A DNA stretch of 50,410 nucleotides, filler included, from Jimgerdemannia flammicorona (Eukaryota), in the NCBI GenBank assembly GCA_003990765.1. It is 2 parts of 2 records of this genome, joined end to end, with 100 filler letters (N's around TTAATTAATTAA, not from the genome) between each part and the next. Parts side by side here need not be neighbours in the genome. Positions count along the whole stretch, not along the records: positions 1 to 25,156 come from RBNJ01000874.1; 1 more part is not named here. One strand, given 5' to 3'. The translations under genes were made by a program, and so were the position numbers. The first letter of the stretch is position 1; the number at the start of each line of letters is the position of its first letter. Under the pieces are notes generated by a model, which was not told where the DNA came from, did not search any database, and saw only the letters and a program-made list of their open reading frames with translations. Below, piece after piece: positions 1 to 12,014 of the stretch.

Positions 1-265
1 AGTCCTCCCAGCGCCCCCCCTCCCCCACCAGCCGACGCCCAACACCCAGTCTATCCCCTATCTCTGCCCAAAAATCCCCCAAGACCTCACACTCCCCCAG
101 CCAATGTTCTGGCGTCTGTACATATCCCCCAGCTTGCTCAACACCATAACACTCCTCGCAGTCAAATTGTCCACCCTCCACCAAATGCCCTGAGTGGAAA
201 TTCAGCATAACATTCCTCCACAACAATCTCCACCATACCACCCAGTACTTGGGAGGGAGCCATCA

Positions 266-1981
266 CTATACCTCAGCACTCCAAGACCAGATGCCTGCCC
301 AGTCCCACTCCTTGCCGATCCCAACTGCCTGCCAGCCACCTGGCCAAAGATCCTGGCCAAGCCCCTGCTGACACTCCACTCCCTCCCCAATATTGAATGT
401 AGCCAAGGGAGTACCCCCCAGGAGCAGTCTATCCCAACACCACATTTTAGGCCCCCACGCCACCTCCCCCTCATTACCCTGCCAGCGCAGGCCAATACGG
501 TGTGCCCCTTCAGCCACTCCCCACCAAAACCCCTTGAACCGCAGCCTCCGAATGCCATTCAGCCCCACCAAAGAGAGCAGATCCCCGGAGGACTCTCGAG
601 GGGACACACGCATCTCCCATACCTTCTGCAGCAGAGGCACCCAACCGCCACCTCGCAATTCCACAGCTCTCTTCAACCACCAGGCTCTCAAGCAGTGCAG
701 CCTCTTAGGGAAATCCACCAGGCCTAGACCTCCTCTGACTACTGGCCTCGCAAGAGTATCCCAACTGACCTGGGACCTCCTCCCCGCCCAAATCCAATCC
801 CTAGCCACCTTTACGAGCTTCTTCACCACCCATGCCGGGAAGTCCAGATGATACGCCACATACCACAGCATAGGGAACCAATACACATTCAGGATCGACA
901 CCCGCCCTGCCAAAGAGATATGGCGGCCTCCCCAACCTCGAAGGGCCTCCCCCCAACTACGCACCTTGCTCTCCCACCACACCCTTGGCAAGACAGAACC
1001 ATAGACAGAGAGGAAGATGCCCAGATATCGCACCACCTCACCCGTAGGGACAATTGTTCCAATGATGTCCCCACCCACCAACCCATTCCCTAGCACCATT
1101 GTCTCACACTTATGCCAGTTGAGCTTCGCCCCGGAATGAGCCTCGTACCATTCCACCATCTCCCGAAGTTTTCCTACATCCACCACAGACCCCAGTCCAA
1201 CCACCATATCATCAGCAAAGGCCCCCACCTTCCACACTATACCATAGATAGAGAGCCCAGCTATCTTCCGGCGAATTCTATCCATCAACGGCTCCAATGA
1301 CAGGGCATAGAGAATAGGGGATAGAGGGTCCCCCTGAGGTACTCCTCTTCCCAAGGGAAATGCCCTCCCGCGGTGACTATTACACATCAGTGCCGCCCGA
1401 CTACTTTCCAGCAGACTCAACATAGAGACCCTAAATGTCATTGGGACTCCAATGCGGTCCAACACCTTCCCCAGCCATACCCGCCGAACCCGGTCGTAGG
1501 CCTTCTCCTGGTCCAAAAAGACCAGCCTTCCATCCAGTCCACAGGCCCGGACCCCTTCAATGACACCATGGACCCAAGCAGTCCCATCCCTTATTAGCCT
1601 ACCCCCAACAAAGCCCCTCTGCTCCTCCCCCAGCACCTGTTGGGCAACCTTCTGCAGCCTAGCGACAATCACCTTAGTCACCATCTTCCTGTCCATATCC
1701 AAAAGCATGATCGGCCTCCAGTTCTTCCAGTCCTCCCTTCTTCCTTTGTCTTTGTACAATAGGGCCACCAGTCCCAGATCCTGCTCTCCAACCCACGTAC
1801 CACTCTGAAGGACATGGTCACAAAGATCAGCCATCTCACCCAACACTCCGGGGACATTTGTGGTATCTGCTCCTATACTTGCTATCTCATCCCACTCCTC
1901 CTCTGAGACATCTACCAGCTCATCCTTACCAACTGCCACCATCTGTCTGCCTTTCATCAAGTCAGGAACCCCAAAGTACAC
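266..1981 (-). CDS. LINE reverse transcriptase, 571 uninterrupted codons; the N-terminal ~45 aa derive from ORF1
   Basis: Motifs WRPIMLLDMDRK, EQRGFVGGR, FLDQEKAYDRV, GVPQGDPLSP, FADD, RYLGI, GGLGLVD are typical of L1-clade RT. Confidence 0.92.
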   Translation of the reverse strand: MYFGVPDLMKGRQMVAVGKDELVDVSEEEWDEIASIGADTTNVPGVLGEMADLCDHVLQSGTWVGEQDLGLVALLYKDKGRREDWKNWRPIMLLDMDRKMVTKVIVARLQKVAQQVLGEEQRGFVGGRLIRDGTAWVHGVIEGVRACGLDGRLVFLDQEKAYDRVRRVWLGKVLDRIGVPMTFRVSMLSLLESSRAALMCNSHRGRAFPLGRGVPQGDPLSPILYALSLEPLMDRIRRKIAGLSIYGIVWKVGAFADDMVVGLGSVVDVGKLREMVEWYEAHSGAKLNWHKCETMVLGNGLVGGDIIGTIVPTGEVVRYLGIFLSVYGSVLPRVWWESKVRSWGEALRGWGGRHISLAGRVSILNVYWFPMLWYVAYHLDFPAWVVKKLVKVARDWIWAGRRSQVSWDTLARPVVRGGLGLVDFPKRLHCLRAWWLKRAVELRGGGWVPLLQKVWEMRVSPRESSGDLLSLVGLNGIRRLRFKGFWWGVAEGAHRIGLRWQGNEGEVAWGPKMWCWDRLLLGGTPLATFNIGEGVECQQGLGQDLWPGGWQAVGIGKEWDWAGIWSWSAEV

Positions 1982-3379
1982 CTACTGAGTACCTCTCATC
2001 TGCTCATCCTCTGCTAGAGGGGGAGTATCATCCATGACCTGTTTCCAGACTTTGAATATACTATCCACAAATGGGTTTTTGTGCAGTATCTTTCCATCTC
2101 CCTCTAGGCCCTCCTCCACATCTCCACCTCTCTTACTAGCCCAGACACTTGCCTCCACCCTCTCAGACTTCTCAGTACCCCCAGCCTTCAACTTCACCCC
2201 TCTCTCCATACTCACCAGCAGCTCTCTCTATCTCCTATGCCCTTGAGCCCTCTCTCACTACCTCTTGTTAGTGTGAATATGTTTTCCATCAATAATCTCC
2301 AGATGTATTGACTCCATATGCAACTTCCATACCTTTGCCTATTGTTTGATAGCTCCACTTATCTCCTCCAGAACCTCTAACAGATCCTCCTCCTCCTTCT
2401 CACTCCCTTTCACCCTCGATATCTGACAACTGAAAGCCCTCCAAAGCATTACTGCTGACTAGTTACTCATCTTTCCAGTGGCCTCCTTTTCTGCTAGTCA
2501 AATCCTGATATCAACATCTCTAGTCTTAATGGTGATCTCCTCCCATATCTGGAAACCAATATCAATTATATTGCCATACTCTGCTATGTATCACCTCCTC
2601 AACTCTCCTCCTCATCTCAACTGCTATTATCATTGGTACCCCCTTTACCAGCAACTGAACCACCCTGGGGTCCCACCTCAGACAACATACCATAGGGACT
2701 ACCACTTCCCCAACTGCCACTCCAGTCTTCAGAACCTCATCCAGTAGGCCATCTCCTCAAAGCCTACCTCAATTCTCTCCAGACCCTTCAGGAACTTCAC
2801 CAAGATGGCTCTAGCCACCTGCTTTGAGATAATCCCCAGGACTATTCTTGCCATCACTACCAAGTCCCAGAAGCATAAGATAGCTACAAACTCTGAAATC
2901 AACTTCTTGAGTAATGGTGCCACCACCAGCCCCATTACACTATCTGCCAGGTCCTTCTTCTATATCAGAAACCTCTGCCCCACCTTACCATAATCTATTA
3001 CATCTCTTTTTTTTTCCTGATTTCCCATCACACTCCTATCAGTAGTCCCACCCCCAGCTACAGTATCTCTAGCCCCTATGCTTATATCCCTTGCTAGAGT
3101 ACTGCTCTCCCTCCCAATGCTAGCCTTGCCCTTCTCCTCAGCAGCACCAGCTTTAGTTCCAGCTGGCCATCTACTTACCTTTATCTTGTCTGCAAAGCTG
3201 GAGGGTCCAGGCCTTCCCTCAGTTCTACCTAATACTGGACCTCCTCCAGAGCCTTTATCACTCTTCAACCCTCCAAAATTCCCTATCACTAGTCCATAAC
3301 CTCTCCCTATATGCTGCCAGCTAAATGCCCTGGGTCCACCTGACCCAGCATGCCCATCAGAACTCTTGCTTGATGACAT
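1850..3379 (-). pseudogene. LINE A ORF1 remnant
   Basis: Starts MSSSKSSDG.... Fragments such as KFLKGLERIEVGFEE and DELVDV are collinear with LINE B ORF1 (LKFIPSAEAVEIGFVE, DELVDV). Contains stops and frameshifts. Confidence 0.75.
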
Positions 3380-3507
3380 TTTTATAGTATCTTTTCTCTG
3401 AGTTGTGTTGAAAACCATTGCTTGAAGTTGGTATAATGTGAATTGTACAGGAGAAAGGTATCACTCAGATCATAGTAGTATCCTTCTTAATAACTATAGT
3501 TATAAGG

Positions 3508-4077
3508 AACTTATTCTTTACTATACATAGACTGATTTCACCTTAGAATTCAAATTCAATAAAAGGTTCACTTAAATCTTTGGAATTTATATACTAGTCT
3601 TAGTTCTGGCAGAAGTTAGCTAGGCTTCTGAAGTTTAGTTAGAAATACTAAAATCATTTAGATATCATTACTAAGACTTAGGAAAATATGTATATAGAGA
3701 GAGAACTTGATTTTTATATTAAAGATAGAACTAAAACTGTTTTTATTTTAGATAGAAATTGGGGGGTATTTATACAAGTTAGTTCACAATTTCTGACTAA
3801 GTATAAGTGACTAATTTGATAACTATGGATGAGGTTTGTAATTACAATCTTTGTCAGGTGGTTTGTGATTAGGATCTTTGTTGTTAGATAATAATTAATT
3901 GCTGTAGTGCTTTTGCTACAGTGCCAATTACTGGAAATAAGCTGGATATTGTTTATTACATTGTTTGCATTATTTATTACATTCATTATATTTGTCACAT
4001 GTCACATATCACTTGATGGTGATGTCTTCACCAGGTTACATAATCACTTGTTGTATGTTACATCTCATCTATTCACT
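3508..4077 (-). repeat. Partial, diverged LTR of the chromoviral Gypsy-1 family
   Basis: Aligns by eye to the LTRs at 15269 and 23693 (GTTCTGGCAGAAGTTAGCTAGGCTTCTG, TTAGATATCATTACTAAGACT, GGGGGGTATTTATAC, CACCAGGT). Both termini are missing. Confidence 0.85.
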
Positions 4078-4334
4078 CTGAATTGAATGAAATCAAGTCA
4101 CAATTTAAATTAAGAAGTTTGAAGTTTAAAGTTTGAATTCAATTCAAAACTAAATATGGTAATTCAAAACTCACATATGATATAATAATATATATATACA
4201 ATCAAGTATATCACAATCAAGCATATCAGACATATCTTCTACAGTACTACTTATGGTAGATACTATGACAACAGCTTTAGTGTCAGATATATATAGCTTC
4301 AATAAGCACAGCTATGATAAGTGCAGTCTCAACA

Positions 4335-5416
4335 CTCTTCTTGAATCAGAAGAAGATATATGACCAGGTTTGGTAGATTTGATTGATGAAAGTACTGGAT
4401 AGGATTAGTATCTCCCAGTAGTTCTGAGTAGTAATGATCAGTCTACTGGAAGGAAGTAGAGTGGTGCTTATATATAATAGACATCAGGGGGTGGCATTCT
4501 CTCTGGGTAGGGGTGTTCTCCAGGGGAACCCACTGTCTTCTATTTTGTATGCTTTATTCTTAGAGCTCTTGATAGATAGGATTAGATAGAAGATAGTAGA
4601 GCTCTTAGTATTTGGAATTGTAGAAAGTTGGAACCTTTGCAGATAATATAGTATTTGGTCTGGGATCAGTTGCTGATGTCAAAGAACTCCAGAAAATAGT
4701 AGAGTGATATGAGATATACTCTGAGACTAAACTCAATTGGCATAAGTGTGAAATGATAATGTTAAGCAATGGTCTGATGGGGGGAGATATCATTAGAATA
4801 ATTGTTCCTGTAAGTGAGACTGTGAGGTACTTGGATATCTATCTTTCAGTATATGGATCAGTTCTATCTTGACATTAGTGGAAGCAATAAGTGGCTATCT
4901 GGAGAGAGACTTTGCAGAGTTGAAAAGGTCATTACTTGTCTTTGGTGAGGTGTATTTTAGTTTTGAATGTCTACTAGCTACCAAAGCTATAGTATATGGT
5001 ATATCATCTAGACTTCTCTACTAGAGTAGTAAAGAGGTTGTTGAAGCAGACCAAAGGTTAGATCTGGGCTGAGAGGAGGAGTTAGATTAATTGAGAAATA
5101 TTATCATTATCAGTAGCTAGAAGAGGTCTTGAGCTAGTTGACTTCCTAAAGAGACTGCATTGTCTGCAAGTATAGTAGCTGAAGAGAGTGGTAGAATTGA
5201 GGGATAGTAGTTGGGTTCCTCTGATGAAGAAGGTCTGGGAGATGAGATTCTTGCCAAGAGGTTCTATAGGAGATCTATTATTCTTAGTTAGGCTTCAGAA
5301 TAGTGAGTATATATAGTATAAGAAATTCTGATAGAGGGTGGTTAATAGGGTGCACTACATCAGTATTTATTAGTAGAGGACTGAAAGAGAGATATCTTGG
5401 GGTCTGGAGATATGGA
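4335..5416 (+). mobile_element. Degraded RT-region fragment of a LINE A-family element (LINE C), ending at the Gypsy LTR at 5417
   Basis: Translates LFLNQKKIYD, AFSLGRGVLQGNPLSSILYAL, VRYLDIYLSVYG, REISWGLEIW, collinear with the LINE A RT. Many transition-derived stops. Confidence 0.88.
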
Positions 5417-5660
5417 TGTAATAACTCTTACTTCTATCTCTCTCTTATTCTTTGGATAATTAGGGAAGTAAGACTACTACTTAGAGCAGGGGACTTCTTT
5501 TGCTCAAACCACTCAGAGTGAGCTAAGCCACACAGGCATCTTTCAGCAAAAGACAACATGTTTTCAAGTTTTTATTTTGAATATACTGTGTACATCATGC
5601 AGCAGGAGTCTACCTATGAGACACAACAAGTTTTGAGAAAAATGGTCAAGTATTGGCAAT

Positions 5661-7520
5661 ATGGCTAGTCAAGGTTCCTCTAGCTCTGAGTGTCTGGTGA
5701 GGAGGGGGCCTGGTCTGGGTATTCCCAAGAGCTTTGCAGCTACTGCCAGGACTAGTGTGGCTACAGGAAGAGCTGGTGGACAGGGGAGGACTGGTGGGAT
5801 TGAGGTCTGGCATATGGTGGTGGAGAATAGGAGGACTGCAGTTAGGCCCATGGGAGTTGGGCAGGGGGGGTATAGTGTTGACAGGGAGAGGGGTCAGGTG
5901 ATGAGTCAGGTGATAGGTCAGATGGCTGGCAGGGGGCAGGGGTCTGGTGGTGCAACACTGGAGACTGGTTCTTCTGTGGCTGAGCAGGTGGCTAGGGAGA
6001 GGACTGCTGGTGGTGCAGCTGTACCTGGTGGGACAACTGTAGGTGTTTCAGAGACCAAGAGAAAGGTGACTCTGGCAGCAGAGACAGGTGAGCTGGTGGT
6101 GAGGCCTTTCTTCCACAAATCAGTATTGACATGGACAGTCTCGGTAAACTTCCTGAGATTGGCAATATCAGTGAGAGAGGTTCTGAGGCTGGTGGGGGAG
6201 GAAGTGGCTGGGGCAGAGTCTCTGAAGTTCATTCCTTCGGCAGAGGCTGTGGAGATTGGATTTGTGGAGAAGGATACAATGGTGAAGGCACTGGAGAAAG
6301 GAATGATGGTCAAGGGCATCTGGATTAGGATGGCAAGGTGTCTGAGATGGGATCCATGTGCTGTTCGGCTGGTGGTAGAAGGATTGCCAACCCAGGGCAG
6401 ACAAGAGACCAAGGAGATAGTGGTAGAGGCACTGGGAGGATATGGTGAGATGGTGGACTTTGGGTTCATGTTCTGGGAGGATACCAAATTTCAGAATGGC
6501 AACTGCAAGGTGATGCTGTGACTGGAAGGCAAGGAGGCTACTGGGCTGGACCATGATTGGTTTGAAGGGATTAGAATTGGGGGGCAAGAGTGCAAGATGT
6601 GGAGAAGGAAGAGAGCAGAACAGGAGGAGGAAGAGTTGGTGATTGCTCTGGAGGAGAGAGAGGCTGCTAAGGAGCTGTGAAAGAGAAAGTGGGAGGAGTA
6701 TACCAAGGACTGGATCTGGATTGAGGCTGATGGCAAGAGGAAGAGATGGAGGAAAGAGAACTGGGAGCATCTGCAAGCAGCCCTTCAAGGTGCAGCTGTG
6801 GAAGAGAAGGCAAGAGTAGAGGCAACCAAGAACCAGATGGAAGGAGTGGAGATGGCAGAGGTGTCCTTTTCTCAGCTGGGTGGTATAGAGAACTCAGCAC
6901 ATGTGCTGGTGAGAGAAAAGTAGGCAGATAAGGAGGAGGTTGGTGGAGGAGGCTTTGAGGTAGATAATGAAGTGGTGCCGGAGACTCAGGTGGAAGATAC
7001 CCATATGGCTAGGGCAGCGAATATCCATTGGGAGTGCCCAGAAGCTGGTGAGGTTATTCATTTGGAGAAAGTTGCAGAGGAGGATGAGCTGGTGGATGTG
7101 GCTTCTGATGTGTTGGCAGACAGAGAGCAACTGCAAGAACTGAGCAGGACCCCCAGGCCATTGACTCCTGGGCCCCTGGTGATGACAGCAGAGAGCTGGT
7201 ATCAGGCAGTACTTGAGGAGTTGGCAGAGGAAGACATCAAGGAAGTGGATGTGTTTCATGGATCTCAGAAGTCATAGGAAGGATTCCTCAATGTAGCAAT
7301 GCAAGAACCTAAGCTGGTGACAGTGATGGTTGCCACCCTTCTGGATAATAAAGGATATGATGTTGACAAGAGCAGGATGGCTGACATCAGGAAGGTGGCA
7401 ACAGAGAGAGTTGATCTTTTTTGCAGCAGTGCCAATAGTGATCAAATCTGGAGGGAAATTTGCAAGAACTAGCAAGAGATCATTAGAGGAAGGGCTGAGA
7501 AGGTGGTGGCAGTCTTAGCT
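5661..7520 (+). pseudogene. LINE B ORF1 (RRM-like nucleic-acid-binding protein followed by a charged region)
   Basis: 286-aa ORF ending at a TGA that is probably ex-CGA. VRLVVEGLP...ALGGYGEMVD is ORF1/RRM-like, followed by E/K/R-rich fragments. The 3' end is approximate. Confidence 0.8.
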
Positions 7521-7541
7521 GAGCTTTACACAATTTCCTTT

Positions 7542-10500
7542 ATGATGATGAACAATCTACATATTTTGTCAATCAATATCAATAGATTGTGGGATGGTGT
7601 TAAGAGATAGTGGCTTTTCAGATGGCTTAAAGTCAGGAGGTATGATGTTGTATTTCTTCGGAATGTTCAAGCTTATAGTGAGTTGGACTATGAGATGTAG
7701 AGTAAAGAATGATATGGTGGAGTGAGTTGGAATAAGCAGGTGGGCATCTTGGTTGGTGTGGGCAAAGGCAAGCTAGTGGAGGTAGAGATCTATGGTGACA
7801 GACTGATCTGGGGAAGACTAAAAGGTGGGATAGGTGATGGCTTGATAGTTGGCTCAGTTTACCTCCCTGCAGTTAGTAGAGAGCAAAAGCAATGGGTTGA
7901 GAGATGGCAGGCATGAAATGGTCAGGAGGTAGTTGCTTTGGACATTCTGGGGGGGGACTTCAATATGGTGTATGATCATATACTAGATAGGTCTGATGGT
8001 AGAGCAGAAGTCATGGTATCTTCTGGACTTACTTGATGGCTGCAGGTGGAGAGTGACATGGGTTTGGTGAATGGCATTCATCAATGACAGGGGGATAAGT
8101 TGGGACCTTTTACCTGGTGGCATCCAGTTGGAACAGCATTGGTTGAGATGTGAATTAATTGAGTGCTAGTGGCAGAGTACTGGGGCAATATACTGGATAC
8201 TGCTGGGGTGCACTGGTGCCCATGGTCTGATCACTGGGGAGTAGAGGTTTGTGGTAGATTCCAAGCAGCAAGCTGTAGTGGAGGGTGCTAGCACCTCAAT
8301 GTAGCCTTATTCAGAAGGAAAAAGGAGAGGGACAATTTTGTGACAGTTATGTGACAGGAAGTTTTGTGATGATGGAATGAAGGGCAGTTGATAGCAGAAT
8401 AGTGGGGTAAATTCAAACATTTGGCTGGTGCTTACTGGTGTGATGTTGGGAAAGTGACTGAGAAGGAACAGAAGGACAGAGAAAGGAGGGTAGAGAAGGG
8501 GCTGAGATGGCAATTGAAGCTTTTGGAAAAGGAGTACTTGTCTGGAGAGGTGTACCACTGGTTGGTAGTAGAGGTGACAGAGTTGCAGGTGGACTTAAGG
8601 GTGTCTGAGACCAGGGTGGTAGATGGCCTGCTAGCCAGACTGCGAGCTCAGAGGTTGGAAGAAGGAGAAAGGCTGATGAGATATCTGTCTGGTGTTTTGA
8701 AGGCCAGGAGAGTATGTCATAGTTGGGCCTTAGTTTTGCATGAAGATGGAGTAGAGGTCTCTGAAATTGCTGACATGATAGGGGAGGTATCCGGTCAATG
8801 GCAAGCTCTTTGGCAGGATGGAGATGAGTATGCTGAAGTTACTGGGCATAGGGAGGATAATGACAATATGGTGACCAATTGGCCAGTAACAGCAATACCT
8901 GAAATAGAAGAGGTGGTTATGGGGGAGGTGTCTCTAGATGAAGTATTGGAAGTACTGAGGAAGACACAGACTGGTTTGTCTCCTGGAGAGGATGGGTTGC
9001 CCTGGGAATTCTGGAAGGAGTTCAAGACTGAGTTTGGTGACTGATTGGTGGAGATGGCCAATGCTGTTCTGAAGGAGGGTAGCTGGATTGGCAATGGTTC
9101 CTTGGGACTGGTTTCTCTTCTATACAAGGAGAAGGGAGATCGACGAGTGTGGCATAATTGGTGACCTATCATACTGCTGAATGTAGATAGAAAGTTGGTG
9201 TCAAAGATTCTAGCAGGGAGGATGCAGCAGTATGTTGGTGTGCTAGTAGGCAAAGAGCAGCATGACTTTGTCAAGGGGAGGCAGATCAGAGATAGTACTG
9301 CTTGGGTGCAGAATGTCTTGGAGAGTTATAGGAGCCAGCAGGTGGATGGCCAGATGGTCTTTCTGGATCAAGAGAAGGCCTATGACAGAGTGTGGTGGAG
9401 CTATCTGGAGGCTGTTCTGAGGAGGGCAGGGTTCGGTGCAGTGGAGGCAGGGTGACTGATGGGCTTGGTATGGAGATGCTGAGCAGCAGTTATGATGAAT
9501 GGATGGTATGGACCAGAGTTTGCCTTGGGGAGAGGGGTACCACAGGAGGATCCTCTCTCCCCCCTTCTTTATGTACTTTTTCTAGAGTCTTTGCTGGCAT
9601 GGCTGAAGGAGTAGCTCTCTGGACTGCAGATGGGAGATGTGGTCTGGCAGTTGGGTGCCTTTGCAGATGACATAGTGGTAGGGGAGGATGTAGTAGTCCT
9701 ACAAGAAGGGGTTGGGCAGTACAATAGGCTAGTAGGGGCAAAGTTGAATTGGGGCAAGTATGAGACAATGGAACTTAGTACTGACCTGGGGGGACATGGA
9801 CAATTCAGACAATTGGTAGCCACAGGGAGTGCTGTTTGGTATCTGGGTATCTGGTTCTCAGTATATGGGACAGTCCTGCTAAGGGAGTGGTGATGTGGAT
9901 TAATTCAGAAGCTGGAAGGTGCATTGACAGATTGGTCAGGAAGGAGCTTCTCTTTGGTTGACAGAATAGTGGTTTTGAATGTGTATTGGTTGCCCAAACT
10001 GTGGTATCTGGGTTACCACCTGGATTTTCCAGAGTGGGTGGTGTAGCAGCTAAAGAAGATTGTAGAAGGGTGGATTTGGCATGGCAGACATCTGCAGATT
10101 GGATGGGAGACTTTGGTGATGAGGACTTCTGATGGAGGCCTGGGGCTGGTGGATTTCAGGTGCCAGCTAAAGATACTTCAGGGTTGGTGGGGGTGCCAAA
10201 TGATAGAACTTGGTGAGGAAGGTTGGGGTAGGCTGGCTATAGACAATTGGAAGGTCCAGTTCTGCTCTAGAGATGAGGTCTGGAAGGATATGCAGAGCTT
10301 GCTTCAGGTTAGAAGTGTAGGTAGACTGCAGTTTAAGGGATTCTGGTAGAGCATTGTAGAAGCCTGGCTGGCCATGGGGTTGGCAGGCCCAGAGATAGAG
10401 GTGGAGCAGAGATGGTAGTGATTGGGAGACCTGTGCATTGGTAGCCATAGTCTGAAGGAGTACTCTTTGATTGAGGCAATGGAGTGGATCAGGTCTGGCC

Positions 10501-11150
10501 CTCTGGAGATATGGCCACCTGGTTGGTAGAGAGCTGGTGTTGGTGAGGACTGGGAGTGGGTTCAAATTTGGAATTGGGGAGCCTTGGTATGCAAGATGGT
10601 GCCTCTCAAATACTGGGTGGTTTGGTGACAATTCTTGAGGTATAATGTGATGCTGAGCTATCGGACAGGCTGGATGGAGGTAGATGGCTATAGGGACCGT
10701 AAGTGGTATAATGAGATAGATGGAGAGGTTGTTCAGATGCTGGAACATGTTCTGGGGGCCTGCCCAGGAGTAGAAGAGTTTTGGCAGTGTTTAGAAGATT
10801 ACTGGGGCCCAGAGAGGCAAAGGGCAGAGGACCTGGCCAGTCTGGTGGTTAAGCACTAGCTGGTAGGGGAAATTAGTGATACATGGAGGAGTCTAGGTCA
10901 AGTTTTGAGGGTCTGGATCTTGATGGCAGTGCACTGGCGGTGGATTTTTGAACAGGACCTATGGATGGGGATTGGAGAGATGGTGGAGCAGTGGAGGTGG
11001 CTTATCCAGGAGGTGGTTCAGGGGTAGTAGTATCAGGGGAGGCAACTTCAGCCAGAGGCCTTAAAGAAGATGTAGGATATTGTATAGCAGAGTCAAGGAT
11101 ATCTGGTATTAGATAATAGTGGGGTACAATGGAAGGAAAGAGTTGGCTGA
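7542..11150 (+). pseudogene. LINE B ORF2: APE endonuclease, RT, C-terminal Cys/His region
   Basis: APE motifs LHILSININRL, GSVYLPA, ILGGDFN, FTW, WSDH. RT motifs SPGEDGLPWEFWK, FLDQEKAYDRV, FADD, WYLGI, GGLGLVD. C-terminal EHVLGAC. Confidence 0.93.
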
Positions 11151-11243
11151 AGAATTTTACTACTGTATATTGTATGATATTAGTAGTGGTTTGTGGTTCT
11201 TTGTTATTGTATTAGATAGCTCATAATAAAGGAGTCCAAGAGA

Positions 11244-11278
<35 letters not shown>

Positions 11279-12014
11279 ACTACTTAGAGACTTAGTATAC
11301 AATATATACTAAGAAGTCTTCATTTTGAGGAAGTGCTCACTTGAAAGTAATTATAGCAGTAGTGCCTTATCATTTAAAGATCTTTCTCTTTTGCTCTATC
11401 TTTCAAGAGTTTTGTTCATTACTGTGCACAGACTGAATTTGCCTTGGAACTCAGGTTCAATAGGTTTACTTAAGTCTTTAGAGATTTATATATCAGTCTC
11501 AGTGTTGGCAGAAGTTAGCTAGGCTTCTGGAGTTTAGTCAGAAACACTAGAGTCACTTAGATATCATTACTAAGACTCAGGGGAATATGTGTGTATGGGG
11601 GACTTGATTCTTGTATCAAGGACTAAACTATAACTGCTTTATTTTGAATAGAAACTGGGGGATATTTATACAAGTTGGTCTATGATTTTCTGACTAAGTA
11701 TGAGTGACTAATTTGGTAACTATAGTGAGATTTGTAATCATGACCTTTGTTAGGTAGTTTTTGGCAAAAACAACTTTGTGATCAGAATCTCAATTACTAG
11801 GTAATGATCAGCTGCTGTGACAATAGTTACTGCAGTACTGATTTTTAGGAATAAGCTGAATATTATTTTTCATATCATTTTCCACATTGTTCATTTATCA
11901 TTCATAATATCATATATCATACTTGATCATAAGATGACATTATTACTCACCAGGTCACATGATTGCTCATCTCATTGTGTCTCATCTGTTCACTTGTTTG
12001 TTCATTCTATTACA

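Larger units (their letters stand above)
1..3500 (-). mobile_element. L1/Tx1-like non-LTR retrotransposon (LINE A); 3' end lies outside the window; APE endonuclease region missing
   Basis: RT ORF 266-1981. Read-through past TAG-TGA at 263-268 gives WLPPKYWVVWWRLLWRNVML...CEECYG...PEHWLGEC (C-terminal CCHC, about 85-165). ORF1-like sequence starts at ATG 3379. The 5' boundary is approximate. Confidence 0.9.
5487..11276 (+). mobile_element. Full-length L1/Tx1-like LINE (LINE B, ~5.8 kb), inactivated
   Basis: 14-bp TSD ACTACTACTTAGAG at 5473-5486 and 11276-11289; AATAAA at 11225-11230; A31 tail at 11246-11276; ORF1 and ORF2 remnants. Confidence 0.96.
5417..12014 (-). repeat. Gypsy-1 3' LTR split by LINE B (5417-5486 plus 11290-12014 = 795 bp)
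   Basis: TGTAATAACTC start at 5417 and TATTACA end at 12014. The rejoined length equals the other LTRs (795-796 bp). A minus-strand polypurine tract lies at about 12015-12028. Confidence 0.95.

Noticed and set aside
194..1808. Plus-strand Pro/Ser-rich ORFs (e.g. 194-727, 393-851)
   Set aside because: Antisense shadows of the LINE A RT frame; no recognisable motifs.
3491..3512. Palindrome TAACTATAGTTA and similarity to the LINE D 3' end (TATAGTTATAAGAAC)
   Set aside because: Short, AT-rich and overlapping diverged LTR sequence; chance cannot be excluded.
4078..4333. AT-rich segment ending in CAACA, possibly another LTR
   Set aside because: No partner copy, matching start or TSD in the window.
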